Below, one piece after another: positions 12,481 to 24,997 of a DNA stretch of 64,000 nt. The stretch is from Eledone cirrhosa (lineage: Eukaryota). The stretch lies in the NCBI GenBank assembly GCA_964016885.1, contig OZ024741.1, positions 394,258,001-394,322,000 of the forward strand, given 5' to 3'. The notes under the pieces are model-generated. The model ran no database searches. It was not told where the DNA came from and saw nothing but the letters and a program-made list of their open reading frames with translations. The position numbers were made by a program, and so were the translations under genes. Numbering within the stretch: the stretch's first letter is position 1; each line of letters starts with the position of its first letter.

Positions 12481-12781
12481 AGGCAATAAGAGGCAGATAA
12501 GTGTGAAGTTTTGGCAATTGTGGTGTGATTTGACAGGGTGATGCAGTAGTAAGAACAGTGGTGGAGGTTTTGGACGTGGATCGTGGTCATTAGTACTGGG
12601 GTGGGCATGGCACTCATCAGTGCAGTGGGGAGAATAGCTAAAGGGTGATAGTGGAGGGGGAATGGGAGGAAAGTGAGTAGCTACTAGGTTGTCATAGTAA
12701 GGGTATCAAAGGGCATCCCTGTGTCTCTGTTGCCATTTCTTCAACTATACATATATATATATATACACAAATATATATATA

Positions 12782-15280
12782 TCATCATCATCACCGTTTT
12801 ACGTCCGTTCTTCCATGCTAGCATGGGTTAGACGGGTTGTCCTGTTGTGGGCAATGCCAGGTCAGGTGACCTTGTCTTACTCATACAGAAGTGATTTTGG
12901 CTTGATTTCTACAACTGAATGCCCTTTCTAACACCAACCTCATTTACAGTGAGTACTGGGTGCTTTTTTACCGTGGCACCTACACGATCACTTCACAGTG
13001 TGGGCTGGGTACTTTGTTGTGTTGGCACCTACACAACCACTTTACAGTGCGAGGGGGGTGGGGACATATTGTCTATATGCTTCACCTTCAGCTTGTACCC
13101 ATGGGAAGTCGGGTCTTCTGTATTACTGCTTAACACCAGAGGTGCAATTGGGCAAGATCAGCTTTTGTCACCTCATCCCAGGTCTTCTTGGGTCTCCCCA
13201 CTCCATGGCTTCCATCGACTTTTAGTGTTCTGCAATTTTTTATGCAGCTGTCATCCTTCATGCGCAAAACATAATTTCCTCTCCTGCACACAGCATTTGC
13301 TTCCTCTTATGCTTAGTCTCTCTCTCAATTCATTTATGCTTTTCTGTTCACGTATATTACTATTATACATCCATCGGAGCATGCAAGTTTAGTTTCTTTC
13401 TAATCTACACAGCGCCCAGGTCTCACTACCATGTAACATTGCTGTTCGTAAGCACGCATCATACAGTCTGCCTTTCATTTTGAGGGAAAAAGCCTTTCAC
13501 AGCTAGCAGTGGTAGTAGCTCTCTGAACTTCTTCCATCCCGTTCTTACCCTGGTTACTGTACTTTCAGAACATCACCTCCGCTGCTAATCCGGTCACCTA
13601 GGTAGCAGAAGCTGCCTACTGTTTCTACAGAGCCCTCCTAAAATTTGGTAGTGCTTGTTTCCTGTGGCCGTTTGCTGCTTATGTCACGGTGCAACTGCTA
13701 CATGTAAAACCTACATTCTTAACTAAACTTCTTGAGATCCCACTACATCTCTTGTGTACCCATTGTTTGCATTTGGGGCAGAGGATAGAATTTCTACCTA
13801 CACCTTTCTTACATACTGAGTAAGGCAATTTCCCTGAGGGGATCTGGGTTCTGTTTTCTATTTACGAGGACCTTAGTCTTTGTCAGGTTGACTTTGAGAC
13901 CCTTTCTTTCGAGTCCCTGCTTCCATGTTTGGAATTTCTTCTCTATTTCCACCATAGATTCAGCTATAAGTGTAAGATCATCTGCATACAGAAGTTCCCA
14001 TGGGTATCCGGTCTTAAACTCCTCTGTTATAGCCTGCAAAATGATAATAAACAGGAGAGGGCTAAGAACAGAACCCTGGTGGACACCGACCTGTATGCTA
14101 AATTCCTCGCTATAGTCATTGTTAACCCTAACTTTGCTGACAGTTTCCCTATACATGGCTTGTACAGCTTTCACAAGCCATTTATCTACTCCTAGTTTTC
14201 TAAGAGCCCTCCCGACTATAGCACGGGGCACTTTGTCTAAGGCTTTTTCCAGATCAACAAATGCGATGTAGAGCAGCTTACCTTTAGCTTTTCCTGTAAC
14301 TGCCTCACAAGAAAGAGAGCATCAGTGGTGCTCTTGCCTAGCATAAAGCCAAAGTGCATCTAATCTAGATTTACATGGTCCCTAATCAGCTGTGCTATAA
14401 CTCTTTCTGTTACTTTCATGACCTGGTGCATCAGCTTTATACCTCAATAGTTTCCTCTATCTAGTGCATCTCCTTTACCCTTTTAGAAGTTGACAATGAT
14501 GCTGCTGCGCCAATCCTATGGTATGATACCCTCTAGAATTACTTGGTTAACAATATGTGTGGTTATGGTGTGACCTACCAACCCAGATGCTTTCAGCATC
14601 TCGGCAGTTATACCCGATGGACCAGTTGCCTTCCCAGTCTTCATATCTTTAATTGCTTTACTTACTACGCTGTTGCTGACTTGTACTGCTGGCCCCTCTA
14701 TAGGATCCACTTGGGGAAGGGCCTCTTTCTCCCATGCATTCTCTTCATTTAGATATCTTTCATAATGGCTCTTCCACACAGCTTTCTTCTCGGCACTTGT
14801 GAGGGCAAGCTCACCTTTATCATTCCAGACACACTTCTCTCCAATGATATCATCATTTTCTCTAACACACTGCCTCACAATTCTGACTACCTCCTGTTTC
14901 TGGTCCTCACACTGCAAAACATGCTTGAATTTTCTATTCTCTGTTTCCCTTTTAGCTAAGTATTCTTGTCGCCTAATTTCCCTCCTGGTCACTATGCAAT
15001 GTACCCTGCTTCCCTTGTTCTTGTTTCCATGCTTGTCTCTTCGCCTTAATTGCCACATCTACCTTATTGTTCCACCACCAAGTCAATCTTCTTCTCCCTG
15101 AGGTCTTGTTCCAACCACAAATCTCATCTGTTGCCTTAAGTAAGTTATTGTTTAGGAACTCCCAGTGCTTTTCTATATTGAATGTCTCTATCTGTTCTTT
15201 TTTACTGTCATAGGCATCAAGTAAGATATCTTTAAATCTGTTACTGGCCCAATGTGTCTGTTAAAGTCTCCTGCAATGAT
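12782..15280 (-). mobile_element. 5'-truncated RTE LINE, copy 3
   Basis: ORFs 14516-15058 and 13809-14231 (VHQGSVLSP, LYADD); same 3' UTR as copy 1; (ATG)n tail. Confidence 0.92.
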
Positions 15281-16009
15281 TAGGAAATAAACCCGCTCTA
15301 CATTCTCCCCCTCTCTCTCTCCAATTCTCTACACATTCGAACTAATCCCAAACCCACGCCATTCTACCCCTTTCTTTCACTCATTCATTTCGGTGTTACA
15401 TACGAATATAGACAGCTTTTGACTTTCCTCTATGGATTTGTAAAGAATCTCAACTTATCGCTGCCATCCATAGATTACATCGTTTCTACAGATATTTTTC
15501 TTCCCCATTTTGAAAATGTTCTGTATATATTATCATTCGCTTATTTCCCCCATCATATATTTCAGCTACTTCTAAAATAAACCATGCTGTACAATGTATG
15601 TGTGTAGGTAATGGAAACAACAAGTACAATGAATAAATATATTAGTTTAAGGCTTGATATAGTAGGAAAAACATCTTTACGTTTCTGACATTAGTCTTTT
15701 ATCAGAAAAAAAACTGATAAATAAAACATGAAATGGAAAGATAGATAGCAAGAAGATGGTTTTGAGAAAAAGCACATGTGAATTCTGTCAGCCATTAGAA
15801 ATATATATATATATACTTGGTGTGGCAATAAATTCTCTAGAATAGTAGGCTGTGTGCTGCTGTATGTAGCAGTAAATGTAGTTAATATTAGTTGGAACTT
15901 GAATTTTGTTGTACACATGCGATATTCTGTATGAATGTTGTATTTTGTCACAGGCCCATGCATTATTGTTTTGTTGTCATTCTTGTGAGTTTATAACACA
16001 CGTATCAAA

Positions 16010-16310
16010 TGGATTTAAGTCAAGAAAATTGAGTGGAAACGAGGCAAATTAGCAACAAATATTGCACAATTGAAGGAAAGTGGAATTAACAACATTCCAG
16101 CCAATTCAACCATTCATCATTGGGTGAAACAATCCAAAGATGGCAGTAGAACATCACTTATTGATGCTCCTCATTCTGGCCATCCTTGCCCAACCACTAT
16201 TCATGCCAACATTCAACTTATTCAAAGTGTCATTGATGCAGAACCAAAACAATCATTGTGTTGCATTGCATATGTTACTGGAAGAAACAAAGAAAATTTG
16301 TTTCCACTTC
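16010..16310 (+). mobile_element. Tc1/mariner transposase N-terminal remnant
   Basis: STIHHWVKQSKDG-RTSLIDAPHSGHP resembles the mariner W..RF..G..SL.D.PRSGRP linker. Confidence 0.7.
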
Positions 16311-16340
16311 ATTAGTAGAGGTGGCAGTTGAATTGTTGCA

Positions 16341-16710
16341 ACATACATACATACATACATACATACATGGTGGCTGCCAACTCGTTTTCGAGTACGGCCA
16401 CTACTTTATATCCATGTAGGAGAACCCCTACCGATGCGCTGAGCAAGTGACTTTTTAGTCCAGCCAGCGACTTGAAAACTCTGGCACAAACACTACACTT
16501 GTGACAATTATTGACAGATAGTGCTGGGCCCATGGTACCATGTGACGAAAAAGGCAGAGAGATCTCCAGATAGACAGCAATGCCTGTGCCGTGAAGCTTT
16601 TATAGTGAGCAAAGGCACTGCACAAAGCCAGTTCCACTCTCTTAACCAAGATGATATTTACCAAAAAGAAGAACAAGTCAACATCATTGGATACCATTAG
16701 AGTTGCAGGT
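16341..16710 (-). mobile_element. 3' fragment of a LINE (RTE-like) with C-terminal C2H2-like finger and (TATG)n tail
   Basis: HKCSVCARVFKSLAGLKSH in ORF 16312-16533, followed by (TATG)n. Confidence 0.5.
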
Positions 16711-16711
16711 G

Positions 16712-16742
<31 letters not shown>

Positions 16743-16773
16743 CATACATACATACATACATACATACATACAT

Positions 16774-17947
16774 AAGGAGAGAACCAGAACTGAATACCTC
16801 AGGAGAGTCAAGAAAATATGGTCATCAGAATTATCAGTGTACAACAAATACATTGTCCACAATACTTATGCTGTGCCAATCCTAACACCAACATTTGGCC
16901 TGCTGAACTGGTCATTGCAAGAACTAAGTGAGATGAATGTAAGAACTCGCAAGCTTCTCAGTGTTACTGGGAACTTTAACATCAATGGTGATGTGAATAG
17001 GCTATACTTCTCACGCAGGGAAGGTGGCCGGGGTCTAAAATCCATATTAACATCATACAAGACTCGGATAGTAACACTGAAGCAACATCTTCAACAAGAC
17101 AAAGGTCAGCAACCAGCTTGCCCAGGTTTATAAGCATAAAGGAGCATGAATATCATTAGGATAGCCACTGGTCTGGAGGAGAGATATGGAATAAGGTCTG
17201 ATATAAATCTCTCTCCCAGGGACATAGGAAGATCCTATTCAATGCTCAAAAAAGATTTTTTAAATGGACCAATTTACAGAAAAAGTTGTGCATAGGTACC
17301 TGAGACATAAAGCACAGACCACAGAGGGGATAAATCATTCAAAAAGCCTGGTATGGAGTTCCGACAAGTTTATGACATCCCACCTTGAAGGATATCTCTA
17401 TGCAATACAGGAATGAGAAATCCATACCAAATATCTGCTACAAAAAAGAGGAGGGCCATCAGTCAACAATGAATGTAGGCTATGTAAAACAAAGATCGAA
17501 AATTTTAGCCACATCATTGCCAGCTGCGAATGAATGTCATCTCGTTACTACCTCCTGTGAGACATAGGGAGCTAGTTATAGCTAGAACCATCTGGAATGC
17601 ACTTAGGAAAAGAAAATTAAAAACAAATGAGGAGGAATAAGGAATACTGGTGGATCTACGGATCATTGATGAGAAGTTTGCTGATCCAGTATCCAAGATA
17701 CACCTTCAGCTTCATACCTATTATTATTGGAGCTACAGGTTATATACCAACCCACTTGGACCAAAGTATGACTGAACTTGGATTGGTGGACAAAGAGCAC
17801 AGCTCCCTAATTCATAGGCTACAAAATGGCTGCAAAATTTGCAAAACATTCTTGCAATTCAAAGGATAACTATTTTTTTTCTTTTACAACCTTGCCACCA
17901 GGAAGGTGGCCGGTCAAAAATGTACTCCAAATTAAGAGAAAGAGAAA
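16774..17947 (+). mobile_element. R4/Dong-type non-LTR retrotransposon, 3' part (copy A), flanked by (CATA)n
   Basis: EYLRRVKKIWSSELS..NTYAVP..RLYFSRREGGRGL, decayed CCHC region, PIIIGATG..KICKTFL and 3' UTR; (CATA)n at 16715-16773 and 17948-17970. Confidence 0.85.
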
Positions 17948-17970
17948 CATACATTCATCCATACATACAT

Positions 17971-19340
17971 GCTATTTACGAAATAGAAAGTGAATATTTA
18001 CAACAAATTAACAATTTACAACTAGAACTCTACAATATAAGCTGATCACCCTCAAACAAGAATTGAGAGCTGTCAGAGAGGAACCAGAAAAGGGTAGCTG
18101 AAAGAAAAATAATTAATAAAACATTCAGCCGAAACCAAACATCAGTCTATAGAGATATGAAGGGCAAAATAATAAATGTCACTGAGGCCCCATCCCAGAA
18201 AGACAGATTCCTTTTCGAGAAAAATATGGGGTGGAAAGAAGAATTTCAACCAAGATGCAGTGTGGCTAAAAGTTATCCAAAAGAACTACTACTGCTACAC
18301 TACAACAAAAACATACAAAATAAATGATGTTACCTTTGAGACTGTGATAGGAAAACTCCAAGATAAGAAAAGACCAGGAACAGAATTGATTGTTGGCTTA
18401 CTGGTACAAAAAATCTGACATTCTACCGATGTATCGCATCAACCTCTACCAGCAAGCTCTCAAGGCAGATACCAGAATGGCTGACATTAGCACAAACAAT
18501 ACTGGTCCCCAAGAACAAAGACACCCACTTGGATAAAAACTACCGACCTATTGCATGCCAGAACTTGATGTACAAAATGTATGCAGCCTACTTGAACCTA
18601 TTCCTCGAAGATCACAGCAACAGTAATAACATCATCACAGATGAGCAAGCAGCTGGGAGGAAAGGTGTTTGGGTGTGTGTGCTGAACAACTCCTAATTAA
18701 CAAAACCACGATGTAAGAGGTACAACAACATAGGAGGAATATGGTTACAGCCTGGCTGGACTACAGGAAAGCATTTGATTCCGTACTCCAACCTTGGATG
18801 ATAGAGGCCCTCCAACTAGCTAAAGTTCCAGAGCCTATTATTAAAGCCATAGAGAACCTATCTTCTTCTTGGGCTACTCTCCTAAAGTTAAAAACAGAGA
18901 AGGAAGACTCTATTTCCACTGATAAAATAGAATATCACAGGGGTATATTTCAAGGAGACAGTTTCTCTGTGCTGCTATTTACCCTGTCATTAAACCCCTT
19001 ATCCTTTTTGCTCAAGAAATGTGAAGGATACATCATTAGTTCACAAGGGGATAGAAATCTGAACCTAACTTCTTTGTAGATGACCTGAAACTATGGGATG
19101 AAGAAAACTCTTGACCTACTTATAACATTCTCGAAAGATATAGGAATGGAGTTTGGCTCGGATAAATGTTCATATATGATTATAAAGTGGGGACAAAATA
19201 CAACCCTATCCAGCAACATTTTTATCAATGGCGAAACTGTTTCACTGTTATCTGACGAGGACTGATACAGATACCTAGGGATAGAAGAGAATATATCCTA
19301 TAATGGTATCTGTAACAAGGAATGCGTAACCAGAGACTAC
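17971..19340 (+). mobile_element. R4/Dong-type RT fragment (copy B)
   Basis: NYRPIACQN, AWLDYRKAFDSV, RGIFQGDSFS, FVDDLK, YRYLG motifs; degraded. Confidence 0.85.
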
Positions 19341-19400
19341 TTATGTATTGAGTACATTATTTACTGTGGTTACTTCTGATTACACTCGGGATATGTGTTA

Positions 19401-19487
<87 letters not shown>

Positions 19488-19504
19488 TTATATATATATA
19501 TATA

Positions 19505-19889
19505 CGAGGGTAAAAGTAAGGTCTCCAAAGCAATGGGGACGCAGAGAAACTGTTCGTACGGCTGTTGGCAACACTGTTGTAATTGGTGCTTCCTTCATTC
19601 CCAAACAAGCATGCGCGCGCTTCACTGGGATGCTCAATCTTGGCTTGGCACCCGTTGAGAATGGAGCTCCAGTTGAACGCTACCGCCAAGTGTGAATTTC
19701 ACGCAGTTATTATATAGCGGGCAATCCCAAAAGCAAGGTCTCCTCTGAGGAAAACATGCGTAAAGATCGGCGGATCACTCTGGATGCTCTCTGCATTTTG
19801 GTTCCTGAGGTTTCCCGAAGCACTATCCACAGGATTTTAACGGAAAAGTTGCAATATCGGAAGAAGACCTTACTTTTGGGATTGCCCTC

Positions 19890-19890
<1 letters not shown>
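19505..19890 (+). mobile_element. Internally deleted mariner element with TIRs in (TA)n
   Basis: TA|CGAGGG..AAAAGTAAGGTCT ... AGACCTTACTTTTGGGATTGCCCTCG|TA. HTH peptide DRRITLDALCILVPEVSRSTIHRILTEKLQYRK; an extra internal TIR copy near 19716. Confidence 0.85.
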
Positions 19891-19920
<30 letters not shown>

Positions 19921-19928
<8 letters not shown>

Positions 19929-20413
19929 TGTAGTTCCTGTCTGTTTGATTATCTGTTTGTCTGTTTGTTTGTTGACGAACTCCTCCTATGGTTTTGGAGA
20001 TAGACCCCAATAACCATATATATTCTGAAACTACATTGCCCAGGGTACTTGTATAAGTATATTTCATTTTAATCAAAGGGTTCCCCGGGGGCACAAACCC
20101 CCGCTGAAAATGTGACAACCCAATACATTGGACAGACAGGCCGCCGTCTGGCCTACCGATTTGCCGAACACCTTGCATATATATACACACACACACAACT
20201 CCAGCCCCCACATTTACAACATCCGTATATATATATATATACCACTCCACACGTATTTATTTCTGCACACATTTAACCATCCACCCTACACTTTCGGATG
20301 CATGCACACGTATGTGCATCCACCCGCACACACTACCGATACACTTTCCTGTGCTCACATCCATGTGTGCTTGCTTCTCTTACGTGCTCATCTGATTTCG
20401 CATGGCACCTAGT
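19921..20413 (+). mobile_element. Possible non-autonomous Helitron
   Basis: Helitron-like 5' region with (GTCT/GTTT)n; possible CTAG|T end at 20413; no clear hairpin. Confidence 0.3.
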
Positions 20414-20699
20414 GCTGCAGCTGTGGCGTCATCAGTGGTAAATGTTTCCTAACATTTTCTCCATCCCCACCACCTCCCGGCTCCATCCATGCACATAATG
20501 ACCTCACACCTTGCAGCTTAGCCGTTTATTGTTAAACCACTGTATCGTTGTATGCACAATTATGCAACTTCTCTTACAAGTAACCCAGGTAACGAATATA
20601 CCGGTCACTACTATTTTCACTCCCTCCTCTTTTCTGCACACCCACTTACGTCGTTCAGCAGCCAGCTTGTCATGCTTCAAGACAGGCACGCGCGCGCGC

Positions 20700-22445
20700 A
20701 CGTATACTCGCTATACATTAGTTATCTCTCGACTCAATTCGGTGCACTTCTCATCAACCGGTATTTTTCTTGATGACGTATGCACTCGCATCAGATTGGC
20801 CCAACGCCTTAGCTTCCGCGTATGTGAGCTATATAAATGCCATTGCAGAGTGGTGCTTGACAAGTTCGGTTTGCACCCACTGTCTTTCTGCCAGAGTGCA
20901 GGCCTGTTCCCCCAATACCGCTCTCAACGACATACTGAGAAGGAGCCAGTACGCAGCTGGCTTCCCATCACAACTGGACCACCAGGCCTTGACCGCGGAG
21001 ACGGCAAGCGCCCCGATGGAATTACCCTTTTAGAAGATATTCTATTTTTTATATGTTATGACTCCATTTTTGTTACATGGTCACTCCATTTAATCCCCAG
21101 GATCTTTCGCAGACACCTGGAATCGAATGCGTCCAACTTCTTCTCTTGGCTAGTCTTAAGGTGCCATGTTTCACTTCCGTACAAGAGTATGGACAGCACG
21201 TTGCTGTTGTAGAATCTCATCTTTGTTTTGAGGGTGAACTTCCTGCTCTTCCAGATCTTGACAAGCTGGTTAAATGCTGCTGAAGCCTTTCTCATTCTAC
21301 ATTGCAATTCACTGTCCATGGCGCCCCCATTGTCAATGGAGCTTCCTAGGTAGGTGAAGTTGTCCACTATCTCCACCTCCCCCTGTTCAATGAAAACACT
21401 AGTTAGTGATGGATGTGTCCCAGATAACATGATTTTGGTCTTCTTAGCACTGATACTGATACTGTACTCTCTGCAAGTGCAACAATATCGTCCGCAAAGT
21501 CCAGGTCAGACAACTTTTGCTCTCCCACCCAAGATATACCCTGGTCTTTAGACGCTCTTCTTAGTACCCAGTCAATGGCTATGGCAAAGAGAATTGGAGA
21601 GAGCGAGCAACCCTAACGCACACCAGTAACCACCTCAAACCTGTCACTGCAACCATCCTCTATCCGTATGCAGCACTTGGAGTTTGCATAAATCTGTTTG
21701 ACAAACCAGGAAGTCAGGAACCGCACCAACCAGCAGCTAGTCTCTTCTGTCATCTGCAAGTGACGCCTGGGCTGGTTTGGGCACGCTTTGAGACTTCCCC
21801 CGGAGAGACTGGCGAACCAAGTACTTAAATGGAACCCACAGGGAAGCAGACGGAGAGGGCGACCCAAAATGAACTGGCGCCAGACAGTTGAGAGGGACCG
21901 AACGCGGTGGAACACTATGATTGCCTCATGCGTCGCAAGACGCAGGAGCTTCTGAGTCTGAGTGATGACTCCATTGAATTCACTGAAAGTTATTGGTATC
22001 AGAGTAAAAACAACAGAGCTTATCAACGTAACAAATGTTTTATCGATGGAGTAGTGTGTGCATAAATGTTAAGTCATACCTGGATGTTTAATGTCCCAAA
22101 GAATGGACTGAAGAGATTATTGCGTGAAGGTCCCATGGTGGGGATCCCATCACGTGGTTAATAGTCAGAGCGAAACTATTAACGTCTGGTTATTTCGGAC
22201 GATGCAGGCAACTCTTACTACACCCTCTTCCCATTCGAAGGAGGTAGATCCCTCATGTGGGACACCGTTGTGACATGATCTCCGCCTCCAACTTATTCGG
22301 CCACAAACCCCGGTACTCTGATCCGCAATGCAGAGAAAGGAAGATAAACAAATGCCGGGGATTGTCCGGCCGCTTCCTCTTCACACCAGTCGCAGTCGAG
22401 ACCTCGGATCTACTTGGATCCCGTACTGCCGAGTTCCTCTGCAAC
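20700..22445 (+). mobile_element. CRE-type non-LTR retrotransposon C-terminal remnant, split by an insertion at about 21030-22215
   Basis: C.C...D..GLHPL, ALNDIL, GLDRGDGKRPDGIT; resumes TLFPFEGGRSLMWDT..FTPVAVETS (restriction-like endonuclease). Confidence 0.75.
21056..21962. mobile_element. RTE-clade LINE 3' fragment with 5' inversion
   Basis: Minus part 21056-21690 (VDNFTYLGS, LLYGSETW..KWSDHVT) continues on plus from about 21700 (TNQEVR..LGWFGHALR..GRPKMNW). Confidence 0.85.
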
Positions 22446-22959
22446 AGCCCATTACTCTCTCCTCCTCCCTGTGACACTAGAGTCTTTGCTTTTCCCTCCC
22501 TTTTCCGTTTTCATAACCACAAAATACATTCAAATATTCAATATAACTCTACTTTGTGTAGTGAGTACTGTTTTTATTTCGTTATATTTGATAGGCTGAG
22601 AAAGATCACGTGATTATACATCAAATTTTTTTACGGTGGGTGTTGGTAATTTCGCACAAAAAATCAGGCGTTCATGTTTCTTTCAGTTTTTTTGCAGAAA
22701 CAATTAAAGTATAATCTGATAGGCTGAGACTCATCACGTGATTAGACACCGAGTTCGGTGGCACTCTCACACCAAAAAACGAGAGTCCCATGGTATAGTG
22801 AATAGGGACAGTAGCAATTCATGCCTGGTGTATTCAATAGACAATGGCAGTTGGTATAAACAATATAGAAAGTGTTTTGTTGATGTTAGCAACGATTGAC
22901 AAAAGGCTTGTCTAACACTTAGTAGATGAATCACTACCTCCTTACGGTCCGAACACAGG

Positions 22960-24290
22960 TCCGAACACAGAGGAGCCGAACCCCCACTGCCACGCCTCCA
23001 TCTCCATCGCTCTCCCCATCTCTCTGTATTATGAACAAATGGGGTCCCACGTGCTGGCCGCCCCAAGGCCCCGGCGGACAGAATGGAGAAGACGTTTCCT
23101 CAGAGGATGGTGAGGGAAATGCGCTGGAAGAGCCATTCCATCTCACGGCTAGCCAGCTCAGCACCTATAGTGTTAAGTAGGGAGGTAGCCCTAGGGCCAA
23201 GGACACCAGAAGTCTCCACTGATAGGGGCTCGACTGTAAACCTGTCGGAGAGCGACCGATACTTGGAGAGTTTACTCTCCTCACACCAATGAGCAGCAGT
23301 ACCTGGGTTTGTTGCAGACTGCACCAGGTTGCCGCTGGAGAATGTGTCGCTGCAAGTGGTATCCCAGACAAGGGGTTTACAACCGCGGAACGGGAAAATG
23401 GTCGTACCTTCTGGCCTTTTTCCGCCCCCTCGGTCCAGCCCCACCACCTCGAGCTGAGAGGGGAAGCCTGCAGCATCCAAGCCATGCTTTATGACCTCGT
23501 TGAGGGCAGCATGGCGTGGAAGGTGGCCGGCACTGTAGCGACAGGAAAGCGGTAGAAAAGAAGGGTAAGGCATGGAGCCAGGCACCGCTGTGGGGTTTTG
23601 AGGCCCCACGATACCTGCAAAGCGGTGCTGGTCGAACTGGCGCGCTAGCCTATCTGAGGCCAGGTCGCACTGGATGGTATCCTAAATACTCTGGGGGGAC
23701 TTGACGTCAGCAGAGGTAGAAGAGAAGGGATATCTACTGGGCTAAGTCCAAGCAGATTCCACGTCTCGCAGGCGGCCTTACGTTCCTCGATCAAAGTGGA
23801 TTCCATTATGTTTAGGAGAACCTTAGTGTTGAGGACGCGGCATGAGGTTATCGACGAAAGACATGCTGCAAAGTCAGGGAGATCGGGGACTGGAGGCCAA
23901 GGCCACCATATCTAACAGGTAAGGTAGCCTGTTGCCATCCAATGTCGTCAAACCTGGCGTTGCATATCTCCTCAGCTGCCGCTCGGATACAAGTGTCAAG
24001 GCCAGGAGAGATGCGTGGCGGTAGCACGGAGCGCTACGAAGAGTATAGAGGAGCTTCGGCATGGCCAAGTAGTTCTTCGACAAGAAGAGGGCTGGGTGGG
24101 CGTTAATCATGCTGAGTCGGGTCTTGAGTTGCTGGAGCCTAGACCTGATGAGGTAGCGGGTGGTCGGCGGGTGGATCGGTGATCTGAGGATGAGGACATC
24201 CTCTTTAGGGGTCACCTGTGTCTGGAGGAGAATGGACCGCACGTCCGAGACGGAGGTTGCAAAGCTCTCAGCATTGTGGGTTTTTGTGGC
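22960..24290 (-). mobile_element. CRE-type non-LTR retrotransposon remnant, copy 2
   Basis: PKLLYTLRSAPC, RHAALNEVI, GLDRGGGKRPEGTTIFPF..LVWDTTCSDT, PLSVETSGVLG, WLFQRISL. Confidence 0.8.
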
Positions 24291-24316
24291 AATCCACAAA
24301 ATTGAAACGTACAGGA

Positions 24317-24318
<2 letters not shown>

Positions 24319-24377
<59 letters not shown>
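24319..24377. repeat. (GT)n microsatellite
   Basis: Perfect GT run. Confidence 0.95.
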
Positions 24378-24379
<2 letters not shown>

Positions 24380-24574
24380 CTAGTTTTCTGATTCCTATTC
24401 TGCCCGAATAACAATAACAACAAAAATAGTATTAATAATAATCATCAATATCAGAATGACAACTATAATAACAATGAACCAATCAGCAAAATGAACAAGA
24501 ATTGTACGTGACTCTGTGCGTGCGTGCGTGCGTGTGTTGCAATAGAGATTTATTGCCTTCTCTGTATATGATAA

Positions 24575-24772
24575 CATAATAATAATTGTTTCTACTTTTG
24601 GCACAAGGCCAGCAATTACCCAGTGTATTACTGGTACTTTATTTTATCGACCCCATAAGGATGAAAGGCAAAGTTAACCTCGGCGGGAATTGAACTCAGA
24701 ATGGCAAGGGCCGTAACTCTATGCGTCAAAGCATGGCGTACGACCCTCCTCCGATACTGCCAATCTACCGCC
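24575..24772 (-). mobile_element. tRNA-derived MetaSINE-like element with (ATT)n tail
   Basis: Head GGCGGTAGATTGGCAGTATCGG, B box GAGTTCAATTCC, core TTTGCCTTTCATCCTTATGGGGTCGATAAAATAAAGTACC. Confidence 0.85.
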
Positions 24773-24776
24773 CTAG

Positions 24777-24997
24777 TAATAATGGTTTCTTATATAGGCA
24801 CAAGCCTGCAATTTTGGGGGAGGGGGAAGTCGATTAAATCGACCCCAGTGCGTGACTGGTACTTTATTTTATCGACCCCGTAAGGATGAAAGGCAAAGTT
24901 AACCTCGGCAGGATTTCAACTCAGATCATAAAGGCCCGTAACTCTATGCTGCAAAGCATGGCGTCCGAACCTCTACCGATACTGCCAATCCACCGCC
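24777..24997 (-). mobile_element. MetaSINE-like element, tandem second copy
   Basis: Same head and core as 24575 copy, immediately adjacent. Confidence 0.85.
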
